Positions 31,821-42,225 of a stretch of 64,000 nt of DNA are shown here, in pieces. The notes under the pieces were generated by a model. The model was not told the origin of the DNA. It was given only the letters and a program-made list of their open reading frames with translations, and made no database searches. The stretch comes from Betaproteobacteria bacterium (GTDB lineage Bacteria; Pseudomonadota; Gammaproteobacteria; Burkholderiales; SG8-41), in contig JAQBFV010000189.1 in assembly GCA_032123035.1 (NCBI GenBank), positions 243-64,242 of the forward strand, read 5' to 3'. How positions within the stretch are numbered: position 1 is the stretch's first letter; each line of letters begins with the position of its first letter. A program made the position numbers and the translations under genes.

Positions 31821-31898
31821 TGCGTGCGCAAAAGCCTATCGTTCCCCGCTAAACTATGAAAAAATCGTTGCAACTGACAGGGCAGCAGGGGATTTCCC

Positions 31899-32432
31899 AT
31901 GATCGATCGTGACGGCTACCGCCCGAACGTCGGCATTATTGTATGTAATTGGAAAAATGAGGTTTTCTGGGGTAAGCGGGTCAAAGAGCATTCATGGCAG
32001 TTTCCGCAAGGTGGCATTAAACCCGGCGAAAGCCCGGAAACGGCGATGTACCGCGAGCTCGAGGAAGAAGTAGGCCTCCATCCACGGCATGTGCGGATAC
32101 TCGGGCGCACACGCGAATGGCTGCGTTATGAGGTGCCGGAGCAGTGGCTGAGGCGCGAGTGGCGCGGGAATTACCGCGGACAAAAGCAGATCTGGTATTT
32201 GCTGCTGCTCATCGGCCGTGACTGCGATGTCCGGTTGCGCGCGTCGGCCAAGCCTGAATTCGACGCTTGGCGGTGGCACGACTACTGGGTCCCGATGGAC
32301 GCCGTGATCGAATTCAAGCGCGGCGTCTACCAGCGGGCACTCGAGGAGCTCGCGCCATTGTTGCGCCGCCGCCAGGGTCAGCGCGGGCCCGCCCGGGGGC
32401 GTGGAGCCGCGAACGCCGTCGAGCGAGGATGA
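31899..32432 (+). CDS. rppH: RNA pyrophosphohydrolase (Nudix)
   Basis: [17 protein letters not shown]...[28 protein letters not shown] is a Nudix box with the RppH-type N-terminus. Confidence 0.9.
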   Translation: MIDRDGYRPNVGIIVCNWKNEVFWGKRVKEHSWQFPQGGIKPGESPETAMYRELEEEVGLHPRHVRILGRTREWLRYEVPEQWLRREWRGNYRGQKQIWYLLLLIGRDCDVRLRASAKPEFDAWRWHDYWVPMDAVIEFKRGVYQRALEELAPLLRRRQGQRGPARGRGAANAVERG

Positions 32433-32470
32433 TCCCGCTCCTCAAGCGTCCCGCGCGCAGCGTCTATTAA

Positions 32471-32700
32471 TTGCCACGCACCGGACCCGCGGTGTGGTAC
32501 CTCGCCGATAACGAAGGCGGCGGCGTGTTGATCAACACGCCGCCGTTCTCGCTCAAGCTGGCCCCCAACTCAAGAACGTCGCTCACCCTCGCTATGTTTT
32601 CATTCCCAGCTGCATGGATTTGCGTTTTGCGCCTCGCGGGCCCATCCGTGTTGACAGCCTGAATAGCCATCACTATACTCAGTTCACAGATTAGACTTAG
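32471..32700 (+). pseudogene. possible degraded 5' fragment of an MBL-fold hydrolase gene
   Basis: AVWYLADNEGGGVLINTPPFS resembles the first beta-strands of an MBL-fold protein. The continuation (RYVFIPSCMD) appears only after a frameshift, and the ORF then dies. Confidence 0.25.
32651..32679 (+). promoter_or_regulatory. near-consensus sigma-70 promoter of the rubrerythrin operon
   Basis: TTGACA - 17 nt - TATACT, about 105 nt upstream of ATG 32788. Confidence 0.7.
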
Positions 32701-32705
32701 TCTAA
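32691..32705. promoter_or_regulatory. perfect 7-1-7 palindrome TTAGACT T AGTCTAA (candidate operator)
   Basis: Read directly. It starts 12 nt after the -10 hexamer, so it overlaps the predicted early transcribed region. Confidence 0.5.
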
Positions 32706-32787
32706 AGCCTGTCTCGGCAGAGCAAAGTAAGTCAGTGCTTCCATACCGGTATATCATTGTTAACTCGTTGATTTAAAGGAGAAGGAT

Positions 32788-33207
32788 ATGCAACTCAAGG
32801 GATCCAAGACCCACGATAACCTGAAAGCGGCGTTTGGCGGCGAGTCCATGGCGAACCGCCGTTACTTGTACTTCGCTGCGAAGGCAGACGTCGAAGGCCA
32901 GAACGATGTCTCGGCTGTTTTTCGCTCCACGGCGGAGGGGGAAACAGGGCACGCGCATGGCCACCTGGAATATCTCGAAGCCTGCGGCGATCCCGCCACC
33001 GATCTGCCGTTCGGCAAGACCCGTGAGAACCTGAAGGCAGCGATCGCGGGGGAAACCCACGAGTACACCGATATGTATCCGGGCATGGCGAAGGCCGCGC
33101 GTGGAGAGGGTTTCGCGGAGATCGCGGACTGGTTTGAGACTCTCGCGAAGGCGGAACGCTCGCACGCGAACCGCTTCCAGAAGGCGTTGGATGCCCTAGT
33201 GGACTGA
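32788..33207 (+). CDS. rubrerythrin-family diiron protein (ferritin-like four-helix bundle, no rubredoxin domain)
   Basis: Duplicated E...ExxH motifs (GESMANRRY...[10 protein letters not shown]; AGETHEY...AERSHANRF). AGGAGAAGG RBS. Confidence 0.85.
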   Translation: MQLKGSKTHDNLKAAFGGESMANRRYLYFAAKADVEGQNDVSAVFRSTAEGETGHAHGHLEYLEACGDPATDLPFGKTRENLKAAIAGETHEYTDMYPGMAKAARGEGFAEIADWFETLAKAERSHANRFQKALDALVD

Positions 33208-33304
33208 CGGGATCCGCGCGTAACGGGTGATGGGGAGGGGGACGGGAAATCCTCCTCCATTGGTCACGCTGGGTCCCCTCGCGCGCGCCCCTTTTGCATT
33301 TCAT

Positions 33305-34633
33305 ATGACCCTACGCGAAGGAAGCCTCGAGGCGCCCACCCGGCATCCGCTCGAGTGGAAGTCGCCGGAGTTCTACGACGAAGCCCGGCTCAATAAGGAA
33401 CTCGAACGGGTCTTCGACATCTGCCACGGCTGCCGCCGCTGCGTGAACCTGTGTACGGCGTTTCCCACCCTCTTCGACCTGGTGGACGAGAGCGCGACGA
33501 TGGAGGTCGACGGCGTCCCGAAGGAGGATTACCGGAAGGTCGTCGACCAGTGCTACCTGTGCGACATGTGCTACATGACGAAGTGCCCCTACGTGCCGCC
33601 GCATCCGTGGAACGTGGACTTCCCGCACCTCATGCTGCGGGCGAAAGCGGTAAAGTTCAGGAAGGACGGCGCCAGTTTCCGCGATCGCGTGCTCTCCAGC
33701 ACCGACGCGCTGGGGAAGCTCGCGAGCATTCCGGTCGTGGTGAAATTTGTTAATGCCGCAAACCGGAGCGGTTTCGCGCGCGGGTTGATGCAGCAGGCAC
33801 TCGGCGTGCACAAGGAGCGCGTGCTGCCGGAGTACTCGAGCGCGAAGTTCCGCAACCGCGCCCGCCCCAACGGCTCGCTCGCCGTGCGCGACGGCAAGAA
33901 AACGCCCGGCAAGGTCGCGCTCTTTGCGACCTGCTACGTCAACTATAACGAGCCCGGGATCGGCCACGATCTGCTGAAGATCCTCGAGCACAACGAGGTT
34001 CCGGCAACGCTGGTCGAGAAGGAAACCTGCTGCGGCATGCCCAAGTTGGAGCTCGGCGACCTCGAAGCCGTTGCGCGCAATAAGGAGCTGAATATTCCCG
34101 TGCTGGCCCGGCTCGCCCGCGAGGGCTACGCGCTCATGACGGCGGTTCCGTCCTGCACACTCATGTTCAAGCAGGAGTTGCCGCTGATGTTTCCGGACGA
34201 CGCGGACGTCAAGCTCGTCGCCGACGCCATGTTCGACCCCTTCGAGTATCTGGTTCTGCGCCACAAGGACGGGCTGCTCAAGACGGAATTTCGCACTGCG
34301 CTGGGCAAGGTGTCTTATCACATTCCCTGTCACCTCCGCGTCCAAAACATGGGTCAAAAGACCCGCGAGCTGCTCGAGATGATCCCTGATACCAAGGTAA
34401 CAACCATTGAGCGTTGCGCGGGCCACGACGGAACTTGGGGCGTCAAGGCGGAATATTTCGAGAACTCGATGAAAATCGGCCGTCCGGTATTCCGGCAGAT
34501 GGCGGAAGCGAGCCCGGATTACGTCAGCTCGGATTGCGCCATCGCAGGCCGCCATATTCTCCAGGGGATGGGCGAGACGACGGCGCGCAAGCAGCACCCG
34601 ATCACCCTGGTACGAATCGCCTACGGATTCTGA
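33305..34633 (+). CDS. HdrD/GlpC-like (Fe-S)-binding oxidoreductase with two CCG domains
   Basis: CHGCRRCVNLC and CYLCDMCYMTKCP are ferredoxin-type clusters. Two Cys-rich CCG-type regions are present (ATCY...CCGMP; VPSC...IPCH). The start is at Met27 of the listed ORF. Confidence 0.8.
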   Translation: MTLREGSLEAPTRHPLEWKSPEFYDEARLNKELERVFDICHGCRRCVNLCTAFPTLFDLVDESATMEVDGVPKEDYRKVVDQCYLCDMCYMTKCPYVPPHPWNVDFPHLMLRAKAVKFRKDGASFRDRVLSSTDALGKLASIPVVVKFVNAANRSGFARGLMQQALGVHKERVLPEYSSAKFRNRARPNGSLAVRDGKKTPGKVALFATCYVNYNEPGIGHDLLKILEHNEVPATLVEKETCCGMPKLELGDLEAVARNKELNIPVLARLAREGYALMTAVPSCTLMFKQELPLMFPDDADVKLVADAMFDPFEYLVLRHKDGLLKTEFRTALGKVSYHIPCHLRVQNMGQKTRELLEMIPDTKVTTIERCAGHDGTWGVKAEYFENSMKIGRPVFRQMAEASPDYVSSDCAIAGRHILQGMGETTARKQHPITLVRIAYGF

Positions 34634-35235
34634 TGCAGCGGAACTCGACGATGACCCATCTCAGTCGTGACAGCATCATGACGCTGGAACGCTACGCAAA
34701 GGAACGCCCCCAGTTCCGCGCGCGCGTCATGGCGCACAAGAAGAACCGGACGGTACACTTTGGCGAGCATGTCATGCTAATTTTCGAAGACGAGCTCACC
34801 GTCCGCTATCAAATTCAGGAGATGCTCCGCGTCGAGCGCATCTTCGAGGAGGAGGGAATACAGGACGAAATCGATGCTTATGCGCCTCTCATTCCCGATG
34901 GCGCCAACTGGAAGGCAACCATGATGATCCAGTTCCCCGACGGCGACGAGCGCCGGCGCATGCTGGCACAGCTCATCGGCGTCGAGGACCGGGTCTGGGT
35001 TCAGGTCGCGGAGCATGATCGTGTCTACGCGATCGCCGACGAGGATCTTGCGCGCGAGACCGCGGAGAAAACCTCATCGGTCCACTTCTTGCGGTTCGAA
35101 TTGGCTCCCACGATGGTGAGCGCGCTCAAGCACGGCGCCGTTGTCGAGATGGGAATCGATCATCCTGCCTACAGCGTCTCGGCCGATGTTGCCCCGGCAG
35201 TACGTGACGCTCTCGCGGGAGACCTTAAGGGCTGA
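34633..35235 (+). CDS. DUF3501-type protein
   Basis: ATG overlaps the TGA of the Fe-S gene (alternative ATG at 34651). MTHLSRDSIMTLERYAKERPQFRARVMAHKKNRTVHFGEHVMLIFEDELTVRYQIQEML. Confidence 0.7.
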   Translation: MQRNSTMTHLSRDSIMTLERYAKERPQFRARVMAHKKNRTVHFGEHVMLIFEDELTVRYQIQEMLRVERIFEEEGIQDEIDAYAPLIPDGANWKATMMIQFPDGDERRRMLAQLIGVEDRVWVQVAEHDRVYAIADEDLARETAEKTSSVHFLRFELAPTMVSALKHGAVVEMGIDHPAYSVSADVAPAVRDALAGDLKG

Positions 35236-35279
35236 GCCAGCGTTGCGCGCCGCGATCCTCCTCGAGGGAAGGCTGTGCT

Positions 35280-36503
35280 ATGCTGATCAGTTCAATGCTC
35301 ACCTCGCGCCTGCTTAGCGAATTCGAGCGTCGCCTCAAGGCTGGCAATCTGCCGCTGGCCGTGCGATTGTGGAACGGGACGACGCTGGTCAGCCAGGTGC
35401 CGCCGCAAATGACGGTCGTGGTGAACACCCCGCGTGCAGTTGCCGCGCTCGCCGAGCCAACCATGGGCAGCCTCGCGCGCTGCTATGTCGAGCAGCAGAT
35501 CGACGTAGAGGGTAGCGCGCGCGACATCGTGCGCATGAGCGAGGCGTTCTCCGACGCGGTCGGAGCGGTGCGCGGCGGTGGGTGGCATTTGCACGGCTGG
35601 TTCCAGCATACCCGGCTCTTCGACCGCGAGGCGATCCAGAGCCATTACGACGTCGGTGACAACTTCTTCGGGCTCTGGCTCGACCCGAACCGCGTCTACT
35701 CCTGCGCTTACTTTCGCCGTGCCGATGACACGCTTGAGATTGCCCAGGAGCAGAAGCTTGATCATATCTGCCGGAAACTGCGGCTCGCGCCGGGCGAGCG
35801 CTTCCTCGATATCGGTTGCGGGTGGGGCGCGCTTGTCGTCAGAGCGGCTCAGTGCTTCGGCGTGAACGCTCTGGGCATCACGCTTTCCCAGAACCAGTAC
35901 GATTACGCGCGTGCGAGAATTCGCGAGCTGGGGCTCGACGGGCGCTGCGAGGTGCGATTGCTCGACTACCGCGATGTGCCGGAAGAAGGCGGTTTCGACA
36001 AGATCGCGAGCGTGGGCATGTTCGAGCATGTCGGTCTCAAGAATTTTCCGCTATATTTTGGGAAGATATTTCGCCTGCTTAAGCCCGGCGGACTGGTCAT
36101 GAACCACGGCATTACGCACAACCGACCCGGGCAACGCGAGCTCGACAGCGACATGAGCGAGTTTGTCGAGCGCTACGTGTTTCCCGGGGGCGAACTGACT
36201 CATATCGCACAGGTGCTCGCCGCCATGTCGAACGAGGGCCTCGAGCCGTGGGACGTCGAAAGTCTGCGACCGCACTACGCCCGCACGCTGTGGGAGTGGG
36301 CTGATCGGCTCGACAAAAACCGCACGGCGGCGGTCGCCTCGGTGGGGGAAAAACTTTACCGCGTCTGGCGCATTTACATGGCGGGCTCAGCCCATGCGTT
36401 CGAGCGCGGGTGGCTGTCCGTCTACCAGGTGCTGGCGGGTAAACCCCGCGCCGACGGCGCCCTGGAGCTGCCACCGACGCGGGAGCATATCTATGCGGCC
36501 TAG
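35280..36503 (+). CDS. cfa: cyclopropane-fatty-acyl-phospholipid synthase family methyltransferase
   Basis: HYDVGDNFFGLWLD, LDIGCGWGAL (SAM motif), and SVGMFEHVG. Confidence 0.85.
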   Translation: MLISSMLTSRLLSEFERRLKAGNLPLAVRLWNGTTLVSQVPPQMTVVVNTPRAVAALAEPTMGSLARCYVEQQIDVEGSARDIVRMSEAFSDAVGAVRGGGWHLHGWFQHTRLFDREAIQSHYDVGDNFFGLWLDPNRVYSCAYFRRADDTLEIAQEQKLDHICRKLRLAPGERFLDIGCGWGALVVRAAQCFGVNALGITLSQNQYDYARARIRELGLDGRCEVRLLDYRDVPEEGGFDKIASVGMFEHVGLKNFPLYFGKIFRLLKPGGLVMNHGITHNRPGQRELDSDMSEFVERYVFPGGELTHIAQVLAAMSNEGLEPWDVESLRPHYARTLWEWADRLDKNRTAAVASVGEKLYRVWRIYMAGSAHAFERGWLSVYQVLAGKPRADGALELPPTREHIYAA

Positions 36504-37023
36504 TGCGCTCGCATGGCTCGCGTTCCTGGCATTTCCGGCGGCGGCGCAGTGGAGCGGCTGGGATTACGACAATGACCGGCCCAAGGAGAAATGGAAGGAG
36601 CAGCGTGAAGTCAAGCTCCCGGCATTTCCCGAGGAGGAGAATCTGCTTCAATTCGAAGCAGGGGCGGCTAGCCCGAACCGCTTCTTCGTCGACACGAAGG
36701 CCCTGTCCATCGGTACCGATGGCGTCATTCGTTATACGTTGGTTGTTAAGGCCGCGGGCGGCGCGACCAACGTCTCATACGAAGGGATGCGCTGCGGGCC
36801 TCCGCAGGTCAAGGTCTACGCTGCGGGCCGTAAGGAGGGGGATTGGATGCGAGCGCGAGACCCGCAGTGGCGCCGTATCGAGAACCGAAACATCAGCCAC
36901 TATCATAGCGTGCTACGACGCGACTACTTCTGCGCGGGCGGGTATGGATACGTTCCGGTCGCGAGTGTCGAGGAGGCGCTGCAGCTTTTGCGCTACGGGC
37001 CGCGGGAATCTATCACGGACTAG
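36493..37023 (+). CDS. CNP1-like periplasmic protein
   Basis: Signal peptide MRPSALAWLAFLAFPAAAQ. Contains FFVDTKALSIGTDGVIRYTLVVKAAGGATNVSYEGMRC. It overlaps the cfa 3' end by 11 nt. Confidence 0.55.
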   Translation: MRPSALAWLAFLAFPAAAQWSGWDYDNDRPKEKWKEQREVKLPAFPEEENLLQFEAGAASPNRFFVDTKALSIGTDGVIRYTLVVKAAGGATNVSYEGMRCGPPQVKVYAAGRKEGDWMRARDPQWRRIENRNISHYHSVLRRDYFCAGGYGYVPVASVEEALQLLRYGPRESITD

Positions 37024-37070
37024 AACACCGCCACCGCCGCGCATCGCCACGGTAACACTGCGGCCCGCAC

Positions 37071-38189
37071 CTAGAGCAGCACCAGGTTGTCGCGGTGGAT
37101 CAGTTCCGGTTCATCGACATAGCCGAGCTTGGCCTCGATCTCGCTTGAGGGCGTTCGCAGAATGCGCCGGGTCTCCGCGGAGCTGTAGTTGATCAGTCCC
37201 CGCGCGATCTCGTGGCGCTTCTCGTCGAGGCATCGCACCGCCTCGCCGCGCTCAAACTCTCCGGCGACTTCGTGGACGCCGATCGGCAACAGGCTCTTTC
37301 CGCCGACGCGGAGCGCGTTGACCGCCCCGGCGTCGAGAACGAGGCTGCCGCGCACCTGCAGCTGATCGGCGAGCCATTGCTTGCGTGCGGCCATGGTGGG
37401 CTTCTCGGCGATGAGTCGCGTGCCGAGCGACTCCCCGCGCGCGAGCCGGGTAAGGACATCATCATCCCGGCCCGAGGCAATCACGGTGTGAGCCCCGCTG
37501 CTTGCAGCGCGTCTCGCCGCCAGCACCTTGGTCAGCATGCCACCCAGCGCGTAAAGGCTGCCGGCGCCGCCTGCCATCCGCTCCAGCGCGGGATCGGCGG
37601 CCTGCGCTTCCGCGATGAGCTTCGCCGTCGGGTCCTTGCGCGGGTCCTTGTCGTAGAGCCCTGCCTGATCGGTCAGGATCACGAGCGCGTCGGCTTCGAC
37701 GAGGTTGGTGACCATCGCCGCGAGCGTATCGTTGTCGCCGAAACGGATCTCGTCGATCGCGACGGTGTCGTTCTCGTTGATGATGGGAATCACGCCGAGC
37801 GCGAGAAGCGTGCGCAGGGTCGAGCGCGCGTTGAGGTAGCGCTTGCGGTCGGCCAGGTCCTCATGCGTGAGGAGAATCTGCGAGGTCATCAACTGGTGCT
37901 CGCGGAAACACGACTCGTAGGCCTGGATCAGGCCCATCTGGCCGACCGCCGCCGCGGCCTGCAGCTCGTGCAGCGCGTGCGGGCGCCGCTTCCAGCCGAG
38001 CCGCTGCATGCCGGCGGCGATTGCCCCGCTCGACACCAGTACGACCTCACGCCCGTTGTGCCGGAGGCCTGCAATCTGGCCCGCCCAGCGCGAAAGCGCA
38101 GCGTGATCGAGGCCCTGACCCTGGTTCGTGACCAGGCTCGAGCCGACCTTGACGACGAGCCGCTTCGCGTTTGCTATGACGTTTGACAT
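37071..38189 (-). CDS. proB: glutamate 5-kinase
   Basis: [21 protein letters not shown], and a C-terminal PUA domain. Confidence 0.95.
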   Translation of the reverse strand: MSNVIANAKRLVVKVGSSLVTNQGQGLDHAALSRWAGQIAGLRHNGREVVLVSSGAIAAGMQRLGWKRRPHALHELQAAAAVGQMGLIQAYESCFREHQLMTSQILLTHEDLADRKRYLNARSTLRTLLALGVIPIINENDTVAIDEIRFGDNDTLAAMVTNLVEADALVILTDQAGLYDKDPRKDPTAKLIAEAQAADPALERMAGGAGSLYALGGMLTKVLAARRAASSGAHTVIASGRDDDVLTRLARGESLGTRLIAEKPTMAARKQWLADQLQVRGSLVLDAGAVNALRVGGKSLLPIGVHEVAGEFERGEAVRCLDEKRHEIARGLINYSSAETRRILRTPSSEIEAKLGYVDEPELIHRDNLVLL

Positions 38190-38226
38190 TCGTCACCGCA
38201 AAAACGCAGAGCCACAGGGAAAATCC

Positions 38227-39360
<1,134 letters not shown>

Positions 39361-39400
39361 TTAGCGGCTCGCGTTCTCTTGACGTCCTGTTCGTTCAAAC

Positions 39401-39429
39401 AAAAAAGGCCCTGCCGTTCCGGCAGGGCC
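39401..39429 (-). terminator. intrinsic terminator after rpmA
   Basis: On the minus strand, a 10-bp GC stem GGCCCTGCCG/CGGCAGGGCC with a 3-nt loop is followed by TTTTTT, 22 nt after the rpmA stop. Confidence 0.8.
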
Positions 39430-39450
39430 TTTGCGCTGAATTCGCTCGGC

Positions 39451-39708
39451 TCAGGCGGGAACGACGTTCACCGTCTTGCGGTTGTCCGGCCCCTTTTGGG
39501 CGAACTGGACCCGTCCCGTGACCTTCGCGAACAGCGTGTGGTCACGGCCCATGCCGACGTTCTCGCCTGGGTGAACCCGTGTTCCGCGCTGGCGCACGAT
39601 GATGCTGCCCGCGGGGATAAGCTCGCCACCGAAGCGTTTTACGCCGAGGCGTTTTGATTGTGAATCGCGACCGTTGCGTGAACTGCCGCCTGCTTTCTTG
39701 TGTGCCAT
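39451..39708 (-). CDS. rpmA: 50S ribosomal protein L27
   Basis: [24 protein letters not shown]. Confidence 0.98.
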   Translation of the reverse strand: MAHKKAGGSSRNGRDSQSKRLGVKRFGGELIPAGSIIVRQRGTRVHPGENVGMGRDHTLFAKVTGRVQFAQKGPDNRKTVNVVPA

Positions 39709-39720
39709 GCCGCTTTCTCC

Positions 39721-40032
39721 TTACGCCCCGATGCCCAGGATCTCGATCTCGGTGTAGTTCTGCCGATGGCCCTGACTTTTGCGATAGTGCTTGCGGCGGC
39801 GCATCTTGAAGATCCGTATCTTGTCGCCGCGTCCCTGCGAGAGCACCTTTGCCTTTACCGTAGCCCCCGCGATAAGCGGTGTGCCCATCGTGACGTCTTC
39901 GCCGGCGCCGACGAGGAGGACCTGGTCAAGCACGATTTCCTGGCCGACCTCGGCAGGAATCTGTTCTATCCGGAGTTTTTCACCGGCTTTGACCCGGTAC
40001 TGCTTGCCGCCTGTCTTGACTACCGCGTACAT
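39721..40032 (-). CDS. rplU: 50S ribosomal protein L21
   Basis: [14 protein letters not shown]...[14 protein letters not shown]. Confidence 0.98.
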   Translation of the reverse strand: MYAVVKTGGKQYRVKAGEKLRIEQIPAEVGQEIVLDQVLLVGAGEDVTMGTPLIAGATVKAKVLSQGRGDKIRIFKMRRRKHYRKSQGHRQNYTEIEILGIGA

Positions 40033-40253
40033 GATGCGACCCGATTCACGTGGCTGGGAGAGCCGCGCATTCTACCGAAAGAGCACGGGTTAGTCAAAGT
40101 AGGACACGGCCCCCGGGCCCGGAATGGTACTTTCGCATCAGGTAGTTAACCTGTTTCGGCGTCTGGTCACCGGGAGGCGCGGTACGCCGGAGCGCGGCGG
40201 GGACGCCGCGGGATTGCTGGTATGATCACGCTCTTTTTCGGCGGGTTTTAACC

Positions 40254-41222
40254 GTGTCCATTGAAACCATCCGCGACTTCCTTGCGGCGGACATGCGTGC
40301 CGTGGACGCCGTGATCCGCGCTCGCCTCAGCTCGGACGTGGTGCTTATCCGGCAGGTCGCCGAGCACATCGTCGGCAGCGGCGGGAAACGCCTGCGCCCG
40401 ATGCTGCTGCTCCTTTCTGCGGGCGCATTCGGCTATCGCGGGCGCGATCACCACGAACTGGCCGCGGTGGTCGAGTTCATCCACACCGCGACGCTGCTGC
40501 ACGATGACGTGGTGGATGAATCCGCGCTGCGCCGCGGACGCGCCACCGCCAACTCGCTCTTCGGCAATACCACCGCAGTACTGGTCGGCGACTTCGTCTA
40601 TTCCCGCGCGTTCCAGATGATGGTTACCATCGACAGCATGCGCGTGCTGCAAGTGCTGGCTGATGCGACCAACGTGATCGCGGAAGGCGAGGTGATGCAG
40701 CTCATGAACTGCCATAACGCTGATATCGACGAGGCGGGCTATCTCGAGGTGATACGCTGCAAGACCGCGAAGCTGTTCGAGGCGGCAACGCGCTTGGGCG
40801 CGATTCTCGGTGGCGCGACGCCCGCGCAAGAGGACGCCATGTCCGACTATGGCATGCAGCTCGGCGTGGCATTTCAGCTGATCGATGACGTGCTCGACTA
40901 TTCCGGCGACCAGGCGGTGATTGGCAAGAATCTCGGCGACGACCTCGCCGAAGGCAAACCGACGCTCCCGCTCATTCATGCGATCAGGCATGGCACGCCG
41001 GACCGGGCGAGCGCCGTGCGCGGCGCAATCGAGCAGGGAGGGCGGGACGATCTGGCGGCGGTAATGGAGGCAATCCACGCTACGGGTGCGCTCGACTACG
41101 CGCGCGAGCAAGCCCGCGGTGCATCCCGGGCGGCATGCGCTGCGGCTGCGTCCATCCCAAATTCAAAACATCGTGATTATTTGCTACAATTGGCCGAATT
41201 CGCGGTGACGCGTTCGTATTGA
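40254..41222 (+). CDS. ispB: octaprenyl diphosphate synthase
   Basis: DDxxD motifs LLHDDVVDES and QLIDDVLDY. GTG start. Divergent from rplU, as in many proteobacteria. Confidence 0.9.
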   Translation: MSIETIRDFLAADMRAVDAVIRARLSSDVVLIRQVAEHIVGSGGKRLRPMLLLLSAGAFGYRGRDHHELAAVVEFIHTATLLHDDVVDESALRRGRATANSLFGNTTAVLVGDFVYSRAFQMMVTIDSMRVLQVLADATNVIAEGEVMQLMNCHNADIDEAGYLEVIRCKTAKLFEAATRLGAILGGATPAQEDAMSDYGMQLGVAFQLIDDVLDYSGDQAVIGKNLGDDLAEGKPTLPLIHAIRHGTPDRASAVRGAIEQGGRDDLAAVMEAIHATGALDYAREQARGASRAACAAAASIPNSKHRDYLLQLAEFAVTRSY

Positions 41223-41233
41223 TGTAGTGATCG

Positions 41234-41266
41234 GGGGCACGGTAGCGCGTGCCCCTCGTCTTTTCT
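41234..41266 (+). terminator. intrinsic terminator after ispB
   Basis: GGGGCAC / GTGCCCC stem followed by TCGTCTTTTCT. Confidence 0.65.
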
Positions 41267-41272
41267 GCGAGT

Positions 41273-41349
<77 letters not shown>

Positions 41350-41452
41350 ATTCTCGCGCTGCTTTGGAGGGTCTACCAGCTCCGTTGCCGTTGGTCCGCA
41401 CGCACGCTATCAGTTCCGGGCGCGTCGCCTTTCTGCGCATGAGATCGGACGC

Positions 41453-41920
41453 ATGCCCAAATATTGCCAGAATCTGCTCAATGCGCCGCCCGTTGCCGAG
41501 GGTTGGCTCAAGCTGTTCACGGCGCTGCGCCAGCAGGCTACGCTGCGCGGGGACTATCGCGAGCTTGCCATCTTGCGCCTTGCGATCATCAACGGGGCCG
41601 AGTACGAATATCGCGCGCACATCCCGTTCGCGCAGTGCGAGCGCGTGACTGAAACGCAGATCGACGCGCTCAAGGACTGGAGCGCATCGAACGCTTTCAC
41701 GGACGCACAACGCGCGGCGCTGGCGTACACTGACGCCATGACGCGCGAAGTCCACGTTTTCGATGGCGTGTCCGATGCGCTCCGACTCCATTTCAATCAG
41801 CGCGAGCGGGTCGAGCTCAGCGCAACGATTGCCGGTTACAACTTCGTCTCCCGCTTCCTAGAGGTGCTCGGGGTCGATCCCGAGGCCGCGCACGCCCAAA
41901 CCCGCCAGCGCCCCGCCTGA
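41453..41920 (+). CDS. carboxymuconolactone decarboxylase (AhpD-like) family protein
   Basis: RELAILRLAIINGAEYEYRAHIPFA and LSATIAGYNFVSRF. The start is ATG 41453, and the upstream part of the listed ORF overlaps the tRNA. Confidence 0.7.
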   Translation: MPKYCQNLLNAPPVAEGWLKLFTALRQQATLRGDYRELAILRLAIINGAEYEYRAHIPFAQCERVTETQIDALKDWSASNAFTDAQRAALAYTDAMTREVHVFDGVSDALRLHFNQRERVELSATIAGYNFVSRFLEVLGVDPEAAHAQTRQRPA

Positions 41921-42003
41921 TCGCTCCCCCGCGCAACTTTCGACCTCGACGCTTGAGCGCCATTGCGGCACACTAGGCCGTCGCACGTTGCGTGAGGTTT
42001 TGA

Positions 42004-42225
42004 TTGGCGAAAATCATTCTGGTGGTTCTCGGCCTGCTGCTTGCCTACTGGCTTCTGAGGGGTTACCGGCGGCACATCGAACGCGGTAATGCGCCCTCTG
42101 CGGGGACGACCGAGGACATGGTCCGCTGCGAACTCTGTGGTGTGCATCTGCCGCGCAGCGAGAGCGTGGTTGCGCGAGGCAAGCATTACTGCTCGGTCGA
42201 GCACCGCGAGCAACAGCCCGGATGA
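42004..42225 (+). CDS. PP0621-type small membrane protein with a C-terminal Cys/His zinc-ribbon-like motif
   Basis: One TM (AKIILVVLGLLLAYWLL), then CELCGVHLPRSESV...HYCSVEH. TTG start. Its stop overlaps the kinase gene start. Confidence 0.6.
   Translation: MAKIILVVLGLLLAYWLLRGYRRHIERGNAPSAGTTEDMVRCELCGVHLPRSESVVARGKHYCSVEHREQQPG

Noticed and set aside
37024-37070. Possible short-period repeat (CACCGC CACCGC ...) in the CNP1-like / proB convergent spacer
   Set aside because: The period is 6 rather than 7, with only two clean units and no inverted partner. It was not counted as a member of the heptad family.
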